64,000 bases of DNA from Eledone cirrhosa (Eukaryota): assembly GCA_964016885.1 (NCBI GenBank), contig OZ024741.1:279372001-279436000 (forward strand). Direction: 5' to 3'. This document shows positions 58,490 through 64,000 of the stretch, in pieces. The notes under the pieces are model-generated. The model was not told where the DNA came from. It made no database searches and saw nothing but the letters and a program-made list of their open reading frames with translations. Made by a program: the position numbers and the translations under genes. Each line of letters starts with the position of its first letter. The first letter of the stretch is position 1.

Positions 58490-60170
58490 GGCATGTTTGA
58501 GGATTCTTCCCCACAACCCTCCCAGGAATAAGTAGGCAAAGAAGAAAAAGATCTTTTACTAGGGTGCAAAAATGTTCAGCCTAGAATTGAAATTGTCATA
58601 AATTTAATAAGGGTTGATATTTTTGTAGAGTAAAAACATAGATGGAAACAATTATTAATGGATAGCCGAGATCAATTTTGCCTTTTGAGGTTGGTAAAAT
58701 AAAGTGCCAGTCTGGTATTGGGGTCGATTCTTCCTCTATATTACTTTGTCATTTCCTTTCTCTCACACTTTATCCTTCCCAGGTGACCTGGTGAGGAGAT
58801 GGGCTCCACCAGGTTTAAAATGCCCCAAGAAACGATATATGTCAATATGGCACTCCTACAACTCTCACAGGAGTTATTGGTTCATACCAGGTGTCATCCC
58901 GTTTTCAGTTAATAATCGCAACTCTTAAACCATACAACGACCATGACTCATTTTACTTTCACTAAATTCGGTTATGGAATCAAGATGGTTTATCACTTTC
59001 ATTTGTGACTAGCTGACCCTGTGGAAATCCCACAGTTGAATTACAAACAACCATCAAATATTAAAAATCAATTGTAAGAGTTATATATATACTCACAAAT
59101 AATATATTAACAAATGACTGAAACTCCCAAAATGGAATATTTTACTCACAATTTCACAATAAATAATATTATTCATACAACATAGGTTTAAAAAATGGAA
59201 ATTTTAACACCACCACTGCCCTCTCTTTTACACACACACTCTCATTATCTCTTTTCCATGGCATGACTGACAATTTACACTACACGTAATCTATTGTTAG
59301 CACTTTAATATAATAAATATTCTTGAAGTTGGCTTCATTATATGACTCTCTCATCATTTCAGTACAGAATGTTTAAGGCGCCACACCACTTGGCTTCTCA
59401 GACTTATTCCTAGTCACAAAATACTTATACTAAAAGCTTTATTCGATCAAATAAGACGTATATTAACTATTAATGTCCTGTGCCCCATGAAACCACGTTA
59501 GCAAAACATTCTTGAAAAGTGCAAAACAATACTATAATTGCATTCTTTTAGAATTAAAGTCTTTACTCTGATTCTGCAAATTTTCACAACAGTCTGTCCA
59601 CTAGTAAAGATACTATAAACATTTGAATTAACAAACCTATTTTTAAATTAAATGAATAAACATTGTTGTCTCTGATCGAGATGAAGTGGGAGTGTATTTG
59701 AATTCATAGAAAAATAAGAAAACTTAACACTGTTAAAACAGCCAAATACTGTCAATGACAGCAATTGGAAAAAATGCCTCAAAGGACAGGCAAGTGTTCA
59801 GCAGAGAGAGACAATTCATGAGATGAAATATAGAAGAGATTGAAAGCAGAGGAGGACAAGGAGAAGTGCGCTGGTGCACAGAAGTGACTGGAAGAAGGAA
59901 ATAAAGAAAGGTGATGTACAAGACAAGTTTACACGCACACATTTTCACCTTCATCAGCTTTCAAACCAACAAAATTGTTTCACTGGCCGCTGGTCTCTGT
60001 CCTCTGAGGCATTTTTGCCCATCATTGTCATTGATAGCATTTAGCTGGACATTGAAATACAATTACTTTGATATGGAAATCAAACTGCTTTCTGTGTGGT
60101 GTTTGTGGCATATCTTTTTATTCCTTACCTTTTTAGAGATGATTTGAACTTGATGCTATAAACCACAAAA

Positions 60171-60330
60171 CCTTAAATGGAGAAGGTATTCTCTGGATGA
60201 CTCATGTGTGCCGGGTCTCCTAGATTTCTAGAAAGGCACCTAAGCTATGGCAATTGGGAGTGATAATCCCAATTTTCAAAAGGGGAGTCAAGAAATTGAG
60301 GACAGTTGCTTCTGACAAGATCCCCTGGAA
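60171..60330 (+). repeat. 160-bp direct repeat, copy 2
   Basis: No differences seen from 58330-58489. Confidence 0.85.
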
Positions 60331-60996
60331 TGTTTTCTTTATTATATCTGCTATCAAATAAGTGAGGTCAAGGATGATTCAATGCTTTTATAGATGAAGT
60401 TAAAGCGCCAAAACGTTAATCACTAAAAAAAAACCTACACATAGCATAGATAGTGACCAAATACTAAGATAACAACCAAGAGCTCAGCTGTTTGTATCCT
60501 AACATAGCCATTAGATTGTATCCTGTCTGTGACAAAGAAATAAATGTACATGTCTAGGAATAAGTACATGTACCTAGTACATATCCAGGAATAAGTACAT
60601 ATCTAGGATGTTACAGTTGTGTCACAGACATGACAACTTTTCCTGTGCACTCGGTAGAACATAAGACCATAGTACGTAAGTGAGATGAACAGACCCCTAG
60701 CCTCTCTTAGAGAGATCAGTAGCCCACTTCAGTACTGACTTGGTCTATGTAGACCCGCCCAACCCTTGCTAAGCAGAGAAAGTGTACTGTTAAAATGATG
60801 GCGATGATGATAACAATGGTGATGTACTAAATACACTCATCCAGGAATGAGACACATGATGACAATCATATATGAATCTATTCAATATTTCAAATTTAAA
60901 AAAGAAATCTTTCTTCACTAAAGAAAAGATAAACACCTCCTCACTCTGCCAAATTGTAATATGCTCACGTTTCATCTTTTTTTTTCTTTTTTTTAG

Positions 60997-61204
60997 GGCT
61001 ATGTTTACAGTATTATGATGACTGTATTAATGAGTATCTTAAAGCCATATTAAAATGGTCTGATCGTCTGCCAAATGAGATTCATTTCGTTATCATTGAT
61101 GAAGAAATGTTCAGTAAAATAAAAGATACTTTCAAAGCTAACTTCACCAAGTGGCACCCCCCAACAGCAGATTCTGACTCAAATGCAAATACTGAAGAGA
61201 AAAG
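60997..61204 (+). CDS. Next macrodomain-gene exon (end of macro fold + linker)
   Basis: Poly-T + AG acceptor. Phase 1 continues ..GSG-LCLQYYDDCINEYLKAILKWSDRLPNEIHFVIIDEEMF. GTAAAT donor at 61205 (phase 2). Confidence 0.82.
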
Positions 61205-61212
61205 GTAAATAT

Positions 61213-61510
61213 ATATTGTTATATTTGGAGAGAGTCATGTTGTTATAATATTGCCAGAAATATATAATAAAACACACTCACTGTTTGGTTTGGGTTGGTT
61301 TTCGCTTCAGTTTATTTTATATATCTATAATTAATTCAGCTGGTAATTAATGTTTATCATTGATTGACCAACAGTTAAAAATATAGATATGAATATAGTC
61401 TCTCGTAGTTCTTTCGTCACACACCTGTGACATCATCAGTGATATTATGTTTCCTCTCGTATTGCTGTAATGTTTTCTTATTCTATTTTATTTATTTGCA
61501 AAACAAATTC
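61213..61510 (-). mobile_element. ORF-less hammerhead element related to 10128-10560
   Basis: Shared hammerhead and shared downstream motif; partial second copy at ~62930-63112. Confidence 0.65.
61397..61443 (-). ncRNA. Minimal hammerhead ribozyme (same family as 10329)
   Basis: Minus strand: TCA CTGATGA T GTCACA-ggtg-TGTGAC GAAA GAAC TA^ CGA; stem I weakened. Confidence 0.68.
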
Positions 61511-61998
61511 ATATATATAGATAGATAGCTATACCCTCACCAGCAAATATCATTCTATACAGTGTATTATGACTATATATGCAAATGTGCTTATTCATCA
61601 TCATCATCCTTTAATATCCATTTTTCCACATTTGCATGGGTTAGATGAGTTGTCACATTATGAGACAAGTCAGGTCCTGCGACCATGACATGCTCATATG
61701 GATCTGTATTTGGCCTTAGTTCCTACAGCTGGATGTCCTTCCTAACACCAACCATGTTACAGTGTGGACTGGGTAAATTTTATCATGGCACCAAAATGAT
61801 CAACTTACAGGGTGCACTGGGCGGTTTTTGTTGTGGCACCTGTATGACCACCTTACAGGATGGACTGGCTGCTTTTTGTCAAGTCACCTGCATGACCACC
61901 TTACAGGGTGGATTGGGTGCTTTTTGTCATGTCACCAGCATAACCACCTTACAGGGTGAACTGAATGCTTTTTTTTTACTTTATATATGTTAGTCATA

Positions 61999-62069
<71 letters not shown>

Positions 62070-63143
62070 TAACATAGTACCTGATAAAAATTACACAATG
62101 TATAGTAAAAGATATTTAATTTTATAAGGCCTTGATTATAACACACTCTTTGAAGACATTTGAATTGCTGAGTTTCCTTTGACCTTTATAATTTTCAATC
62201 TGTCTCTTCCTTCACTTCTTTTTCTTCTTGTCATCCTGACAATCACAATATTTCATTTTATATTTATTTAAATGAATTATAGTAATATTAGCCATTATAT
62301 ACACTGTGGTTAACTTACTGCTAGAACAACTATGAATTGTGATAACAATAACATCAACCTTGGAGTTAGAGGCATTCATAGATAAATAGATAGGTAGATA
62401 GATAGATGTTGTTTTCCAGCTGCTGTGATTCCCTCAAACCATCTACAGGGTTGTTGTTGTTATTGTTGTCAATGCCTATCATAGATGTTTTTGTTGTTGT
62501 TTTAAACAGAAATAGACATGCTCATTCCTATATATTCATAAATACACACACACACACACACACACACATCTCACTATATAAGTATATATTGTTTGCTCCT
62601 GTGATCTGGGTATTGGTCTATACACATTAAAGCCTCCAAGATACCAACCAAAAGAATGTCACAGGATCATGAGAGCCTGGAAAGACTCAGACACAGACAC
62701 ACACACTGTGGTCCCTCTCCCCCTCACATCACCTTCACCAATCACCCCATCTAAAAAGTTTAATAATAAATTAATTTCTTGTGCTTTTGTGTTCAAATTG
62801 TTTGTACAGAAACCTGAAAATATTAACTTTCAGGAAATGTAAATTGTGTTTTGATATCCTCAATAGTTACTAAAATATAAAGTGTTGTAACGTGAGATAT
62901 ACTTTTGGAACACCCTGTGTATATTTATTTTTGGAGAGAGTCATGTTCTTATAATATTGCCAGAAATATATAATAAAACACACTCGCTGTTTGGTTTGGC
63001 TTGTTTTTTATTTCAGTATATTTTTTATATTTTTATAATTAATTCAGCTGGCAATCAATGTTTATCATTGATTGACCAACAGTTAAAAATATAGATATAA
63101 ATATAGTTTCTCTATGTGTGTTTTATTATATATTTCTGGCAAT

Positions 63144-63532
63144 ATAACAGGTAAAATAATGATTAACACGGATAAGCGATATAATAGGGTTTTATTCCAA
63201 GCATTAACATATGTTTCATCACTTAATATGCAATTAATTATGTCTTGAAATTGCTATCATCAATAGTTGATTGGTTATTGTGAAATTTGATTTTAAATAC
63301 ACAAAATAATGCAGTCACTAGGCAAATTATCAAAAAAGTATTTTAATAATTTGCCTAGTGACTGCGTTATTTTGTGTATTTAAAATCAAATTTCACAATA
63401 ACCAATCAACTATTGACGATAGCAATTTCAAGACATAATTAATTGCATATTAAGTGATGAAACATATGTTAATGCTTGGAATAAAACCCTATTATATCGC
63501 TTATCCATGTTAATCATTCTTTTACCTGTTAT
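63144..63532. repeat. Near-perfect palindrome: 187-bp arms, 15-nt spacer
   Basis: 63144-63330 vs 63346-63532, about four mismatches counted by eye. Confidence 0.93.
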
Positions 63533-63850
63533 TAATACTCCAAGAACTACTAACCATGGAACTTTCAGGAATCGACCCTCCGAAAAACCTAACTAAGTAA
63601 GCATCTTATTGAGTCAACTAGCACCACACGTTGAAATATTCCTTGGTACAAATTACTTGTAACCCGACCCTAGATAATCTTAAACGATATCTCATTTACT
63701 TTGATATATATATATATATATATATCCATCCAAACTTTCTATTTCCCAAAGAAGGGCTTGTGTCCGATATTTACTTCTTCCCAACTGTAAAACTAATAAA
63801 ACTTGCGTTTTTGCATCTCTCTGTTTGTCTTGTTTATTCTTGAACTACAG

Positions 63851-63893
<43 letters not shown>

Positions 63894-63921
63894 ATTATAT
63901 ATTTATTTATTTCTTCATTAG

Positions 63922-64000
63922 CATAAAAAAGAAGAATGGTACGAAACCAAGTGACAGAAATGAAGCAAAGGCTAAAAGCGAGTTATCTGGACCTCTTGAG
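63922..64000 (+). CDS. Further exon of the macrodomain gene (runs off the window)
   Basis: TTTCTTCATTAG acceptor. Phase 2 matches the upstream donor; open frame S-IKKKNGTKPSDRNEAKAKSELSGPLE. Confidence 0.65.

Overview
AT-rich animal genomic DNA. The SINE types and (TA)nTG arrays point to a cephalopod/octopus-like genome (inference). Host genes: the last coding exon of PLPBP/PROSC (289-405, +), and a spliced macrodomain gene (+) with phase-compatible exons at 56853-57237, 60997-61204 and 63922->64000. That gene has a candidate 2-codon first coding exon at 6474-6479, which would imply a ~50 kb first intron. Bases ~8.7-47.5 kb are a nest of retroelements separated by long, strand-polarised (TA)nTG arrays, with one 200-N gap. 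The nest holds nine 5'-truncated RTE LINE copies/fragments of two families, both with a PHD-type finger inserted in the RT. It also holds one apparently intact CR1-like LINE whose ORF1 is Myb/SANT-like + polyQ + 2xCCCH, two Penelope-like GIY-YIG elements (one inside ~970-bp inverted repeats) and SINEs. The most striking unexplained signal is about ten hammerhead-ribozyme or hammerhead-like motifs, several in short ORF-less islands embedded in TA arrays or in fold-back palindromes. A decayed L1/Tx1 element lies just upstream of the macrodomain exon. The long Y/I/M/C-rich ORFs in the track are microsatellite artefacts. All calls are by eye; no searches or folding were run.
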